This document shows, in pieces, positions 17,212-28,495 of a DNA stretch of 64,000 nucleotides (the stretch's first letter is position 1; the number at the start of each line of letters is the position of its first letter). The stretch is from an uncultured Prevotellaceae bacterium (GTDB lineage: Bacteria; Bacteroidota; Bacteroidia; Bacteroidales; Bacteroidaceae): NCBI GenBank assembly GCA_900315565.1, contig OMZS01000021.1, positions 504-64,503 of the forward strand. The letters run 5' to 3'. Below the pieces are notes generated by a model, which saw nothing but the letters and a program-made list of their open reading frames with translations, made no database searches and was not told where the DNA came from. The translations under genes and the position numbers were made by a program.

Positions 17212-19287
17212 GTGAACAATCAACCTTTTGTAGCGCGTTTTTGGCTGCTCGCATTCATTCTGCTGATGTCTGTGGGCGCGGAGGCAAAGAGCCGGGCCCT
17301 GCCTGCGGTTCTTCACCGCACGTTTGTCTATAAACAAAGCGTAAAAGGCGAAGTTTACGGAACCTCCACCAATGTTTATTCGCGCTATTCGCTGGTTACA
17401 GAGCGGCGCAACCCTACCCTATTTGCCGTTCCCACTATGTATGTGGTGGCTCGCGGCGGGCGCGAGTTCATCGGCGAGTCGTATTCGCGCATGGTGTTCA
17501 AAGGTATCGACCAGTACGACTCCTACCGGCAGGTGGTGGTGGGCACATTTCCGCGCTATCGGCGTACATTGCCAACGCTGACCCATTACATGACGCCCAA
17601 TCTCTACAACGTGACGCTCATTCGTGACCATCTGCTCTCGCCTTTCCACGCCAAGAATGCCAAGTGCTATATTTATAAGGTGGTGTCGCAAACCGACAGC
17701 ACAACACTCATCACCTTTAAGTCGAAGACCAAGAACACCCAGCTGGTGAACGGCGAGGCCGAGATTGACAATGCCACGGGTCGCATCATCAGTACCACGC
17801 TGAAAGGCGAGTACGACATGATTGACTTCACGCTCACGGTGAGCATGGGTCCCGAGGGGGTGGCCTCTCTCCTACCCCTGGTCTGCAATATGCAAGGTAA
17901 GTTTCATTTCTTGGGCAACGTACTGCGCTTCAAACGGCACCAGGTGTATGGGCTGGGAACATTTCTTCCCGACAGCATACGCGAAAAACACGACCGCACG
18001 CTGATGGATCAGTTGCGCCCCGACAGCCTTGACGCCGAAGAGCGCACCATCTATCACACCTACGACAGCATTGAGGCCGCCGAAGAGAGGGCAAGAGCCA
18101 TTGCACGGCAAATGGAAGACACCACCGAGGTGAAGAAAAAGAAGCACGACTTCATCAAGGATGTGATGTGGGACATTGTAGGCGACAACCTGGTAAACCG
18201 CATCAAGGCCAACTTTGGCGGTAAGGACAAAGGCACCTTCCGCATAGGGCCGCTGTTCAATCCACTCTATTTCAGCTATAGCAACCGCAAAGGCTTTGTG
18301 TATATATTCAACATTCAGGCCGACTACAACTTTACGCCCAACCGTTACTTGTGGACGCGTTTCAGAACGGGTTATGCCTTTAAGCTGAAACAAATGTATT
18401 TTGATTTCCCCATCGAGTTCATGTACAACAAGCGGCGCCATGCCTGTCTTCGGTTTGAACTGAGCAGCGGTCAGCGCATTTTCAACTCAAGCATACTCGA
18501 CGACATCCGCCACGACACTCACGACGACTCGCCAAGGCTCGACAGCATGCGGCTCGACGAGTTTCGCGACACGCGTCTGTTGCTGACCAACAACTACGAT
18601 ATTTCCGACAACTGGTCGGTTCTGGGCGGTTTTGTTTATCACCGCCGGTCGGCCGTCGATAAGAAAGGCTTTAAGAGCTTAGGCCGCAAATACAAGTACC
18701 ACACTTTTGCGCCCATGCTTCAGTTTCAGTATCGCCCGAAAGGATGGAAAGGCCCCGCCTTTACGTTCAACTGGGAGCGCTCGTTCAGAAACATGTTCAA
18801 CTCAGACATGGAGTACGAGAAATACGAGGTCGATGCGTCGCTCATCAGGAAGTTCCACCGATTGCGCTCGTTGAAATTCCGCGTGGGCGGCGGTGCCTAC
18901 ACGCTGAAAGCCAACAACTCGTTTTTTCTCGACTACAACAACTTCCACGACGAATATATTCCTGGCGGATGGAACGACGACTGGTCTGGCGAGTTTCAGG
19001 TGCTCAACAACGAGTACTACAACTCTTCTGACTACTACCTGCGCACCAACACCACCTACGAATCGCCGCTCATGCTGCTCTCCCATTTGCCCCTGATAGG
19101 ACAATTCATGGAGATGGAGCGAATCTACGTGAGCACACTCTGGGCTTCGGAGCTTCATCCGTACATGGAATATGGCTACGGCTTCACCAACCGTGTGTTC
19201 TCCATCGGAGTGTTTGTAGGAACCAAGAACTTCAAATTCGACCGCTTCGGCGTAGAATTCGACTTCGAAATATTCAAAAAATGGTAA
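17212..19287 (+). CDS. Hypothetical secreted/outer-membrane protein (possibly DUF5686-like beta-barrel)
   Basis: 691 aa with a GTG start and the signal peptide FWLLAFILLMSVGAEA. The C-terminal half is aromatic-rich and ends FDFEIFKKW. I do not recognise the family with certainty. Confidence 0.5.
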   Translation: MNNQPFVARFWLLAFILLMSVGAEAKSRALPAVLHRTFVYKQSVKGEVYGTSTNVYSRYSLVTERRNPTLFAVPTMYVVARGGREFIGESYSRMVFKGIDQYDSYRQVVVGTFPRYRRTLPTLTHYMTPNLYNVTLIRDHLLSPFHAKNAKCYIYKVVSQTDSTTLITFKSKTKNTQLVNGEAEIDNATGRIISTTLKGEYDMIDFTLTVSMGPEGVASLLPLVCNMQGKFHFLGNVLRFKRHQVYGLGTFLPDSIREKHDRTLMDQLRPDSLDAEERTIYHTYDSIEAAEERARAIARQMEDTTEVKKKKHDFIKDVMWDIVGDNLVNRIKANFGGKDKGTFRIGPLFNPLYFSYSNRKGFVYIFNIQADYNFTPNRYLWTRFRTGYAFKLKQMYFDFPIEFMYNKRRHACLRFELSSGQRIFNSSILDDIRHDTHDDSPRLDSMRLDEFRDTRLLLTNNYDISDNWSVLGGFVYHRRSAVDKKGFKSLGRKYKYHTFAPMLQFQYRPKGWKGPAFTFNWERSFRNMFNSDMEYEKYEVDASLIRKFHRLRSLKFRVGGGAYTLKANNSFFLDYNNFHDEYIPGGWNDDWSGEFQVLNNEYYNSSDYYLRTNTTYESPLMLLSHLPLIGQFMEMERIYVSTLWASELHPYMEYGYGFTNRVFSIGVFVGTKNFKFDRFGVEFDFEIFKKW

Positions 19288-22200
19288 ACGAAAAACACCT
19301 GCCCCTCACCGTCTTTAAGGCGAGTGCCGGAAGTGGAAAAACATTCCGGCTGGCTGTTGAATACATCAAGTTGCTCATTGTCAATCCGATGAGCTATCGC
19401 ACCATTCTGGCCGTCACCTTCACCAACAAGGCCACCGAAGAGATGAAGATGCGCATACTCAGTCAGCTTTATGGCATTTGGAAACAGCTGCCAAGCTCGG
19501 AAAGGTACATGGAAAAAGTGGTGGAGGAACTCGGCATCAGCCGCGAGACGGCCAGCAAACAGTCGGGTGCGGCCCTGGCCATGCTCATCCACAACTACCA
19601 CTACTTCCGCGTGGAAACCATCGACTCGTTCTTTCAGAGTGTGTTGCGCAATCTGGCCCGCGAGCTCGACCTTACCGCCAATCTGCGCATTGAGCTCAAC
19701 GACGGCCAGGTGGAGGAACAGGCCGTTGACATGCTCATTGAGTCGCTCACACCCAACGACCCGATGTTGCAATGGATTATGTCGTATATTGCGGAGAACA
19801 TTTCTGACGACAAGAACTGGAATGTGATTTACCTCATCAAAAGCTTTGGCAAGACCATTTTCCGTGACTATTATAAAGAAGGCAGCGAACAACTCAACCA
19901 CCAACTGGCCCAACCCCATTTCTTCGAGAATTTCACCCGGCAGCTACGCGAGCAACGCCAGAATGCCTTGAATAAAATGCAGGGGTTTGCCGATGAGTTT
20001 TTCCGTCAGATGGATACTCACGGCATAACTGCCGATATGCTCGCGGGCAAGAAGAACGGCATTAGCAGTTATTTCAACAAGCTTCGTGGCACCGACTGGA
20101 GCGACAAGAAATGCCTGACCGCCAATCTTGCCAAAAGCCTTGAGTCGGCCGATAATTGGGTGACAAAAACCAGCCGCGACCGGGCCACGGTGATTCCGGT
20201 GGTCGAAGAGTTGCTGTTGCCTGTTTTGCGCCAGGCCGAAAGCGAGCGCCTCAAGCAATGGCAGCTGTACGTCAACGCCGAACTCACGCTTCGCCACCTC
20301 AACCAATTGCGTCTGCTCGGCACCATCGAGCAAAAGGTGCGCCAGCTCAACGCCGACGCCAACCGTTTCCTGTTAAGCGACACCCAACAGCTGCTGCACC
20401 AGCTGATGGGCGACAGCGACTCGCCCTTCGTGTTCGAGAAAATGGGCACCCAACTCGAGCATATTATGATTGACGAGTTTCAAGACACCAGCACGGTGCA
20501 ATGGAAAAACTTCAAGCGCCTGCTCCATGAAACCATGAGTCACGGCTACAATCCCACGCCCGGCATCAGCCGCAATCTCATTGTAGGCGACGTGAAGCAG
20601 AGCATCTACCGCTGGCGCTCGGGCGACTGGCGGCTGCTTAACAACATCGATGGTCAGTTTACCAATGCCAGAGAGCTCGTCTTTCACGACAAACTCGATG
20701 AAAACCACCGCTCAGCCAGCAACATCGTTACGTTCAACAATCTCTTTTTCCAGGAGGCTGCCCAGCAGGAGTACGTGTCTGAGCAGACGGTCAACGGCGA
20801 TGATGCCCTGCAAATCAAAAATGCCTATAGCGATGTGAAACAGATTGTTTCCGACCATAGTCCCCAGGGCGGGCTGGTGAGCATCAGTCTTTTGGATAAC
20901 GAAGATTACCAGGAGCACACGTTGCAACTGATGGCCGACGCCATCAAGAAAATGCTCAGCCAGGGCATACCCATGAGCAAAATGGCCATTCTGGTGCGCG
21001 CCAACCGCCACATACCCCTCATAGCAGATTATTTCATGCAAAATCTGCCCGATGTGAAACTGGTTTCCGACGAGGCCTTCCGGCTCGAGTCGTCTGTGGG
21101 AGTCGGCATGATGGTCATGGCCCTCCGACTGCTCGTTAATCCCGACGACATGCTCACCAAGGCGAGTCTGGTAAAGAGTTATCAGCGCGATGTGTTAGGC
21201 AATCTCATCTCCGACAGCACGCTTTTTGAAGATTTAGAGAGTCTGGACAGCAAGTTGCCCGAGGCTTTTACCAATGGCTTCGGACAATGGCTCACGCTGC
21301 CACTTTACGAGCTTTGTGAAGTGCTCTACGAGCAGTTTGGGCTTTCGTCGCTCTCCAGCGAGAGCGCCTACGTCTGCACGTTCTTCGACGTGGTGAGCGA
21401 GTTTGCCCGAGAGAACACAGCTGATATCGAATCGTTTCTGGCCGAATGGGACGAAGACTTCCACAAGCAAAACATTCAAAGCGACGAAATCGACGGCATC
21501 CGAATTGTTTCCATTCACCGAAGCAAAGGTCTTGAGTTCGACCATGTTCTTATTCCCTTCTGCGACTGGAAACTCGAAATGGGCGACACGCTTTGGTGTG
21601 TACCCAAAGAGGCTCCCTACAATCAGCTGCCCCTGGTGCCCGTAGATTACAGCATGCGGTTGCTCGACTCAGTCTATGAAGCCTACTATCGCGAAGAACA
21701 CCTGCAAAACACCGTTGACAACCTCAATTTGCTCTACGTTGCCTTTACCCGAGCCAAACTGAACCTTTTTGTATGGGGACGTGCCAAAGCGTCGGGTAGC
21801 CGTTCGGCCATTCTGCAAAGCGTACTCCCCCAACTGCCCAAAGAGCTGCCCGATGCCACCGTCAGCGAGGCCGAACATGTGCCGATGATTTTCGAATTTG
21901 GGCAGATGTTCATTGGTGAAAAGCCAATGCATAAAGAAGTTGGTTCGGGAAAAAGTGAGAATGGCAAAGAGCCGTTGGGAAATGAGGAAGAGAATGTTTT
22001 CCTCACGCCGATAACAACTGAACGCATCAGCATCAACACCTATCCCAACAAGGCAGAGTTCCGACAGAGCAACAAGAGTCGCGATTTTGTAACCTCTACG
22101 GGCGAGGAAACCGACCAACAGCAAACCTATATTAAAATAGGTAATGTGTTGCACAACTTGTTCTCTACCATCCGCACCGCTGCAGACATCGACGGCATGC

Positions 22201-22571
22201 TCCGGCAACTGGAATTCGAAGGCATTCTCTACGACGACAACATCTCGCCCCACCGCATCCGTCAGCTGCTCGACAAGGGACTCAGTCATCCTCAGGTGGC
22301 CGAATGGTTTGACGACCGTTGGACGCTTTTTAACGAGTGTACCATCCTTAGCACCGACCCACAGACAGGGGCAACAGATGAACGCCGTCCCGACCGTGTG
22401 ATGACCGATGGCGAGCAGATGGTGGTGGTTGACTTTAAATTTGGCAAGCCCAAACGCGAGTACAACGACCAGGTGCGTCTTTACATGCAGCTGCTCGCCA
22501 ATATGGGATACTCCAACATCAAGGGGTATCTCTGGTATGTTTATTCTAACAAGGTTGAAGAAGTAAAGTAA
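19281..22571 (+). CDS. AddA/RexA-like UvrD-family helicase with C-terminal PD-(D/E)XK nuclease
   Basis: 1096 aa. Walker A is VFKASAGSGKTFRL and Walker B is MIDEFQDTS. The C-terminal nuclease motif is RPDRVMTDGEQMVVVDFKFGKP. Confidence 0.85.
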   Translation: MVNEKHLPLTVFKASAGSGKTFRLAVEYIKLLIVNPMSYRTILAVTFTNKATEEMKMRILSQLYGIWKQLPSSERYMEKVVEELGISRETASKQSGAALAMLIHNYHYFRVETIDSFFQSVLRNLARELDLTANLRIELNDGQVEEQAVDMLIESLTPNDPMLQWIMSYIAENISDDKNWNVIYLIKSFGKTIFRDYYKEGSEQLNHQLAQPHFFENFTRQLREQRQNALNKMQGFADEFFRQMDTHGITADMLAGKKNGISSYFNKLRGTDWSDKKCLTANLAKSLESADNWVTKTSRDRATVIPVVEELLLPVLRQAESERLKQWQLYVNAELTLRHLNQLRLLGTIEQKVRQLNADANRFLLSDTQQLLHQLMGDSDSPFVFEKMGTQLEHIMIDEFQDTSTVQWKNFKRLLHETMSHGYNPTPGISRNLIVGDVKQSIYRWRSGDWRLLNNIDGQFTNARELVFHDKLDENHRSASNIVTFNNLFFQEAAQQEYVSEQTVNGDDALQIKNAYSDVKQIVSDHSPQGGLVSISLLDNEDYQEHTLQLMADAIKKMLSQGIPMSKMAILVRANRHIPLIADYFMQNLPDVKLVSDEAFRLESSVGVGMMVMALRLLVNPDDMLTKASLVKSYQRDVLGNLISDSTLFEDLESLDSKLPEAFTNGFGQWLTLPLYELCEVLYEQFGLSSLSSESAYVCTFFDVVSEFARENTADIESFLAEWDEDFHKQNIQSDEIDGIRIVSIHRSKGLEFDHVLIPFCDWKLEMGDTLWCVPKEAPYNQLPLVPVDYSMRLLDSVYEAYYREEHLQNTVDNLNLLYVAFTRAKLNLFVWGRAKASGSRSAILQSVLPQLPKELPDATVSEAEHVPMIFEFGQMFIGEKPMHKEVGSGKSENGKEPLGNEEENVFLTPITTERISINTYPNKAEFRQSNKSRDFVTSTGEETDQQQTYIKIGNVLHNLFSTIRTAADIDGMLRQLEFEGILYDDNISPHRIRQLLDKGLSHPQVAEWFDDRWTLFNECTILSTDPQTGATDERRPDRVMTDGEQMVVVDFKFGKPKREYNDQVRLYMQLLANMGYSNIKGYLWYVYSNKVEEVK

Positions 22572-22597
22572 ACAAAAACTAAAAATCGTCTGAGCAA

Positions 22598-25441
22598 ATG
22601 AAATCGTTCTTAAACTATGTGGCCGAAGACATGGTGAAGAAATACGACTTCGACCTGTCGCGCACGGCAGTAGTGTTTCCCAACAAACGTGCCTCGCTCT
22701 TTCTCAACGACTGTCTGGCCCATCTGGTTGACCATCCGTTGTGGAGCCCCGCCTACATCACCATCAGCGACCTTTTCAGACAGCACTCTCCCCTCACCGT
22801 TGGCGACCCCATCAAGCTCATCTGCGATTTGCACAAGAGCTATGTACGTTGCACAGGTCTCAGCGAGTCACTCGACCGCTTCTACGGCTGGGGGCAACTG
22901 CTGCTGGCCGATTTCGACGACATCGACAAGAACATGGCCGACGCTCGCCAAGTATTTGCCAATCTGGCCAACTTGCACGAACTTGACGACATATCCTATC
23001 TCGACGACATACAGAAAGACGCCCTGAGGCGTTTCTTTGGCAGTATCATAGATAACCATGACAGCAGGCTCATAAGGAAATTCATTGATTTTTGGAGCCA
23101 TCTATACAACATTTACGAAGATTACCGGCAGCTGCTACGCCAGCAAGGAATTGGCTACGAGGGCATGCTCTATCGCGATGTGGCACAAGACGAGAATATC
23201 TGTTTCCAATACGACCGGTACTTGTTTGTGGGCTTCAACATGATGCAAAAAGCAGAGCAAGAGCTCTGTCTGAGGCTCATGCGCCAAGGAAAAGCCAAGT
23301 TCTACTGGGATTTCGACCAATACTACATGCATGGCAACGAGGCAGGACACTACATCAGCCAACTCATGCAGCTCTTTCCCAACGAGCTCGACCAACACGA
23401 GTCTGCCATCTATTCAAATTTCGCCAACAAAAAACAAGTAGCCTACATCAGCGCACCTACCGAAAATATTCAGGCACGTTATGTAAGCCACTGGCTAGAA
23501 AAGAACAACCGTATCAGCGACGGACGACGCACAGCCATCATTCTTTGCAACGAAGGACTGTTGCAGACCGTCGTTCATTGTTTGCCTGACGAGGTGGGAA
23601 AGGTGAACATCACCACCGGTTATCCTTTGCAGCAGTCGCCCGTATGCTCGCTGCTCAGCCACCTCATTACGCTTCAGAGCACAGGCTTCGCCAACAGCCA
23701 CGACAAGTTGCGCTTGCGCTTTGTCAGCAATGTGCTCCGTCATCCCTATGCCCAATATATGAGCCCTGAAGCTCCTATACTACTGAAGCAACTCACCGAT
23801 GCACACCGCTATTTCCCCACCCTTTCCGAGCTGCATGCCGACGACACACTCACCATGCTCTTCACCCCTGTGGGCGAACCGTTCAACCTGCGTCTCATAG
23901 AATGGCTGCTGAAACTGCTTCGCATTGTGGCCCACAACAGCCATGCCTCAGCCGACCCGCTGATGCAGGAATCGCTCTTCCGCACCTATACCCTGCTCAA
24001 CCGTCTGCACGAACTGATAGACAGCGGCGACCTCGACGTTGACATCATCACCCTGCAGCGGCTCATCGGACAACTTATTCAGGCTACATCCATCCCTTTC
24101 CATGGCGAGCCTGCCGAGGGCATACAAGTAATGGGCGTGCTCGAAACGCGAAACCTCGATTTCGATCATTTACTCATACTCTCGTGCAACGAGGGCAACA
24201 TGCCCAAGGGCATCAACGACAGTTCGTTCATCCCCTACTCCATACGCAAGGCATTCGGGCTGACCACTGCCGACAACAAAGTGGCGATTTTCGCCTACTA
24301 TTTCCACCGGCTGCTGCAACGGGCCAACGACATCACCATCCTCTACAACAACTCTACCGAAGGCGGTCACACGGGAGAAATGAGCAGGTTTATGCTGCAA
24401 ATGCTCGTTGAAAGTCCTCACAAAATTCTTCGCAAAACGCTGCAAGCCGGACAAACGCCCACTCAACACACTTGCAGTCCCATAGAAAAAACAGACGAGG
24501 TGATGCGCAGAATCGCCAGCATCAGCTACATTTCGCCTTCGGCCATCAACCGCTATCAGCGCTGTCAGCTGCAATTCTTCTACAACTACGTGGCGGGTAT
24601 CAAGGAACCCAATGCCGACGAAGAGGACGAAATCGACAACCGCGTCTTCGGAAACATTTTCCATGAGGCCTGCGAACTGCTCTACAAGCAACTCTTCCAG
24701 CGGAATCCAGTGGTGAAACCCTCAGACATAGACCGGCTGTTGCACCACCCTGAAAGTATAGAAATGGCCGTGGACAAGGCCATCGGCAAACATCTGTTCA
24801 AACTTGACAGCAACAACACACGGCTGCCCCAACTCAATGGTCTGCAAATCATCAACCGCGAAGTCATTATCCGATACATACGTCAGTTGCTCAACATCGA
24901 CCTTCGGCTGGCACCCTTCACCATTCTGGGACTCGAAAAACCCGTCAGTTGTCAACTCAGTGTGGGGCAACACACCGTCACCGTAGGAGGCACCATCGAC
25001 AGACTCGACCTTATCAATCCCGACGGTCAGGGCCAGCGCATTCGTGTGCTCGACTATAAGACAGGCCGTCCACCCCACGCTGTTCCTGCCTCCATTGACA
25101 ATGTATTCGACCCCTCATTGTTGCGCACTCATCACACCGACTATTACCTGCAGGCACTTTTCTACTCGCTCATCATTAGTAACGAACGGGCTCTCAACCC
25201 GAACAGATTACCCGTCAGCCCAGCCTTGCTTTTTATTCAGCAGACACAGGCCGACGGCTACGATCCTACGCTCTGTTTCGGAAAGCAGCCCATTGCCGAT
25301 GCCGAGCAGTATCGACAAGAATTTGAGGAAAACATACGCCAAATCCTTGCTGATATTTTTAATCCTGCAAAGCCCTTTAGCCCAACCGACGACCAAAACA
25401 TCTGCTCAAGTTGTCCTTACCGGGTTGTGTGCGGACAATAG
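22598..25441 (+). CDS. AddB-like PD-(D/E)XK nuclease subunit
   Basis: 947 aa. It carries the RecB-type nuclease motif GTIDRLDLI...RVLDYKTGR and a terminal Cys cluster (CSSCPYRVVC). It follows the AddA-like gene. Confidence 0.8.
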   Translation: MKSFLNYVAEDMVKKYDFDLSRTAVVFPNKRASLFLNDCLAHLVDHPLWSPAYITISDLFRQHSPLTVGDPIKLICDLHKSYVRCTGLSESLDRFYGWGQLLLADFDDIDKNMADARQVFANLANLHELDDISYLDDIQKDALRRFFGSIIDNHDSRLIRKFIDFWSHLYNIYEDYRQLLRQQGIGYEGMLYRDVAQDENICFQYDRYLFVGFNMMQKAEQELCLRLMRQGKAKFYWDFDQYYMHGNEAGHYISQLMQLFPNELDQHESAIYSNFANKKQVAYISAPTENIQARYVSHWLEKNNRISDGRRTAIILCNEGLLQTVVHCLPDEVGKVNITTGYPLQQSPVCSLLSHLITLQSTGFANSHDKLRLRFVSNVLRHPYAQYMSPEAPILLKQLTDAHRYFPTLSELHADDTLTMLFTPVGEPFNLRLIEWLLKLLRIVAHNSHASADPLMQESLFRTYTLLNRLHELIDSGDLDVDIITLQRLIGQLIQATSIPFHGEPAEGIQVMGVLETRNLDFDHLLILSCNEGNMPKGINDSSFIPYSIRKAFGLTTADNKVAIFAYYFHRLLQRANDITILYNNSTEGGHTGEMSRFMLQMLVESPHKILRKTLQAGQTPTQHTCSPIEKTDEVMRRIASISYISPSAINRYQRCQLQFFYNYVAGIKEPNADEEDEIDNRVFGNIFHEACELLYKQLFQRNPVVKPSDIDRLLHHPESIEMAVDKAIGKHLFKLDSNNTRLPQLNGLQIINREVIIRYIRQLLNIDLRLAPFTILGLEKPVSCQLSVGQHTVTVGGTIDRLDLINPDGQGQRIRVLDYKTGRPPHAVPASIDNVFDPSLLRTHHTDYYLQALFYSLIISNERALNPNRLPVSPALLFIQQTQADGYDPTLCFGKQPIADAEQYRQEFEENIRQILADIFNPAKPFSPTDDQNICSSCPYRVVCGQ

Positions 25442-25448
25442 AAATGTG

Positions 25449-26900
25449 TCAGGAGATTACCTTATTGTTGTTTCCGTTATCATTTTCGTTGTTTTTGTAA
25501 ATACGCCAACCGATGGCGGCAACGAAAATGCTGACGAACGGAGAGAGAATGTTGAAGAAACAATAAGGTAGATAAGTGAGTGTTGAAACGCCAAGAACGG
25601 TGCTTTGGGTGAGTCCGCAGGTGTTCCACGGCACAAGTACCGAGGTAACAGTGGCTCCGTCCTCGCATGAGCGGCTAAGCAAGCGCGATTCGTAGCCTCG
25701 CGACTGGTAGGTTTCTTTGAACATCGAGCTGGCAAGCATGATAGAAAGATACTGGTCGGCCATGCAGACATTGAACAAGAAACTTGTGCCTACGGTAGAA
25801 GCCACGAGCGAGGCAGTACCACGAATAAGACGCAACACATAGCCCACCACATCGCGAAGCTGGCCAGTAGCGGTGAGTGCCCCACCAAAGGTCTGCGCAC
25901 AAATGATGAGCCAGATGGTGGGCATCATACCGGCCATGCCGCTGGTGGAAACCAATTGGTTGAGAGCGGCTTCGCCGGTTTCGATGCTGGTGTTTCCATA
26001 ACAGGTCTGAATGATGCCTTTGTAGGAAACCAGACTGTCGAATGCCGACACGTTGCCATCGGAAACGGCCACCTGCCTTACCAGCTGGGGCTGTACCAAC
26101 AGGGCAACAATGGCAGCTATGAGCACGGCCATGAACAGCACCACAAGCGATGGCCAACGGCGGGCTATCATCAAGCCTGTCATAGCTGGCACGAGCAGCA
26201 GCCAGGGTGATATGCAGAAAGTGCGTTGCAGCGCCACCATAAAATGGTTGACATTGCCTTCGCCAGAAACGTGCATGGTGAGTCCGGCAAAAAAGAATAT
26301 TGTAAGCGAAATGACGAAGGCCGGCACCGTGGTGTTCATCATATATCGGATGTGGGTAAAGAGGGGGGTGCCCGTAACGCTTGATGCCAGTACAGTGGTG
26401 TCGGACAAAGGTGACAATTTATCACCGAAGTAGGCACCCGTGATAATGGAACCCGCTATCCATCCCTCAGAAAATCCATGAGCCGTTCCGATGCCCATCA
26501 GTGCCACACCGACGGTGGCGACGGTAGTCCAGGATGAGCCTATGAGCACGCTGACAAGAGCGCAAAGCAAACTACTGCTGACTAAAAACCACTCAGGACT
26601 GAGAATCTGCATGCCATAATAAATCATGGTGGGCACAATGCCCGAAACCATCCATGTACCTCCTATGGCACCAATAAGCAGCAAAATGACAATGGCCGAA
26701 GCACAGCTGGCCACCTTACTTGATATTTCGGCCTCGAGTTGTTCCCACTTGAGCCGCCCCTGCATTTTTCCTATCAGCACACTGACAGCCGTTGCAAGCA
26801 AAAGCGACACCTGACTGGCACCATCAAGTGTTGCGTTGCCAAAAACGGCAACGCAACAACTGATGAGTAAAATGAGTACCAGGAAGGGGACGAAAGCCAT
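25449..26900 (-). CDS. NhaC-family Na+/H+ antiporter-like membrane protein
   Basis: 483-aa polytopic membrane protein. Its size and hydrophobic pattern are consistent with NhaC, a call made from memory. Confidence 0.7.
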   Translation of the reverse strand: MAFVPFLVLILLISCCVAVFGNATLDGASQVSLLLATAVSVLIGKMQGRLKWEQLEAEISSKVASCASAIVILLLIGAIGGTWMVSGIVPTMIYYGMQILSPEWFLVSSSLLCALVSVLIGSSWTTVATVGVALMGIGTAHGFSEGWIAGSIITGAYFGDKLSPLSDTTVLASSVTGTPLFTHIRYMMNTTVPAFVISLTIFFFAGLTMHVSGEGNVNHFMVALQRTFCISPWLLLVPAMTGLMIARRWPSLVVLFMAVLIAAIVALLVQPQLVRQVAVSDGNVSAFDSLVSYKGIIQTCYGNTSIETGEAALNQLVSTSGMAGMMPTIWLIICAQTFGGALTATGQLRDVVGYVLRLIRGTASLVASTVGTSFLFNVCMADQYLSIMLASSMFKETYQSRGYESRLLSRSCEDGATVTSVLVPWNTCGLTQSTVLGVSTLTYLPYCFFNILSPFVSIFVAAIGWRIYKNNENDNGNNNKVIS

Positions 26901-26918
26901 AGTCAGGTGGAAAATGTG

Positions 26919-28472
26919 CTATTTCGTCACTCTTTCAAGCCATTTCACCATGCCGAACATCACAGCCATGGAAATGACGCACACAATGAGGAATACCGTC
27001 CAGCAGACCCAGATGGGGAACTCGTTATAGATGAGCGGACCAATCCATAGCAGACCGTTGCCCACGGCAGTAGCACCGAGCCACAAACCCTGGCAGAGGC
27101 CCTGCAAGTGTTTGGGAGCTACTTTCGACACAAACGAGAGGCCCAGTGGCGAAATGAACAGCTCGGCGGCAGTGAGGAAGAAATAGGTGACGATGAGCAC
27201 CCAAGGAGCTGCCTTAAGTCCTGTCTTTGCCGAGTCGGCCAATGAGGTGAATTCGGTGGCAGAGGGATAGCCCTGTGAATAGGAATAAACGGCAAGGAAC
27301 AGGTAGGCAATGCCAGCAATACCCATACCGTAGGCTATCTTACGAGGAGTAGAAATGGGATTGCCGCGCTTGGTGAGCATGCTGAACAGCCACATGACGA
27401 TTGGCGTGAGCACGATGACGAAGAACGGGTTGACTGCCTGCCAGATTTCGGGTGCAATGGTGTCAGTGACCACAAAGTCGCGAGCGAAGAACGAAAGCGA
27501 CTGTCCGTTCTGATGGAACGAGAACCAGAAGAACACCGCGATACCGAGCACAGCGAACAGAGCATACATGCGCTGTTTGATTTCCTTGGCCATAGTTTGT
27601 TTTTCCTCCTGTGTGTAGTTCTCGGCCACAGCACTGGTTTTCTTTCCCGGTGTGGGGAACATGTGCTTAGAGAACATGAAGATGGCCAGCGAAATGAGCA
27701 TGGTCAGTACTGAAGCGATGAACGAGTAATGAATACCAGTGTTAAAGATGTCGAGATACTGGGTACAAAAAGCGCTCAAATCGGCCGTATTGCCTCCCAC
27801 CTTCTCCACCAGTTCTGTGAGATTCTGCATGTTGCTTGCAGAAATGTTGCCCGAAACAAACTCGTGGCAGAGTTTGGGCAGGTCGGCGTTGTAGGCCAAA
27901 CCGTGGGAGTTAAGCCACCAGCTGCGCAGCATTGGTGCAATGAAGGGAGCCAAAAGTGCGCCCACATTAATAAATACGTAGAAGATTTGGAAACCCGCGT
28001 CGCGTTGTCCCTGTGCCCACTTCAGACGGTCGGGGCCTTGCTTGGCAGCATCGGCCTCGAAGTTGTCGTACATCTGTCCGACAATGGCCTGCAGGTTGCC
28101 CTTGAACAATCCGTTGCCACAGGCAATGAGTGCAAGCGCAAAAATGGTGAAGGGCAGCAGCCACGACATGTTGCTGGGCGTAGCCAGCACAGGAATGGAA
28201 AGCAGCACGTAGCCCGCAGCCATGATGACAAGGCCCCAGGCAATGGTGCCTTTGTAGTTTTGAGTGCGGTCGGCAATGATGCCGCCCACGAGGCTCAGCA
28301 CGTAGATGGCGGTGAGAAACATGGCGGCGATGAATCCGCTTTGCCCGTCGGAGAGTCCGAACTTTGAACACAAGAAGAGGGCCAGCACGGCATTCATGAT
28401 GTAATAGCCGAATCGCTCGCCCATGTTACTGAGGGCTGCCTGAAGCAGTCCTTTAGGATGATTTTTGAACAT
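26919..28472 (-). CDS. Proton-dependent oligopeptide transporter (POT/PTR2, MFS)
   Basis: 517 aa with the PTR2 signatures GERFGYYIMNAVLALFL and FYVFINVGA. Confidence 0.85.
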   Translation of the reverse strand: MFKNHPKGLLQAALSNMGERFGYYIMNAVLALFLCSKFGLSDGQSGFIAAMFLTAIYVLSLVGGIIADRTQNYKGTIAWGLVIMAAGYVLLSIPVLATPSNMSWLLPFTIFALALIACGNGLFKGNLQAIVGQMYDNFEADAAKQGPDRLKWAQGQRDAGFQIFYVFINVGALLAPFIAPMLRSWWLNSHGLAYNADLPKLCHEFVSGNISASNMQNLTELVEKVGGNTADLSAFCTQYLDIFNTGIHYSFIASVLTMLISLAIFMFSKHMFPTPGKKTSAVAENYTQEEKQTMAKEIKQRMYALFAVLGIAVFFWFSFHQNGQSLSFFARDFVVTDTIAPEIWQAVNPFFVIVLTPIVMWLFSMLTKRGNPISTPRKIAYGMGIAGIAYLFLAVYSYSQGYPSATEFTSLADSAKTGLKAAPWVLIVTYFFLTAAELFISPLGLSFVSKVAPKHLQGLCQGLWLGATAVGNGLLWIGPLIYNEFPIWVCWTVFLIVCVISMAVMFGMVKWLERVTK

Positions 28473-28495
28473 AGTAAGTTATTTAAGATTTTGAT

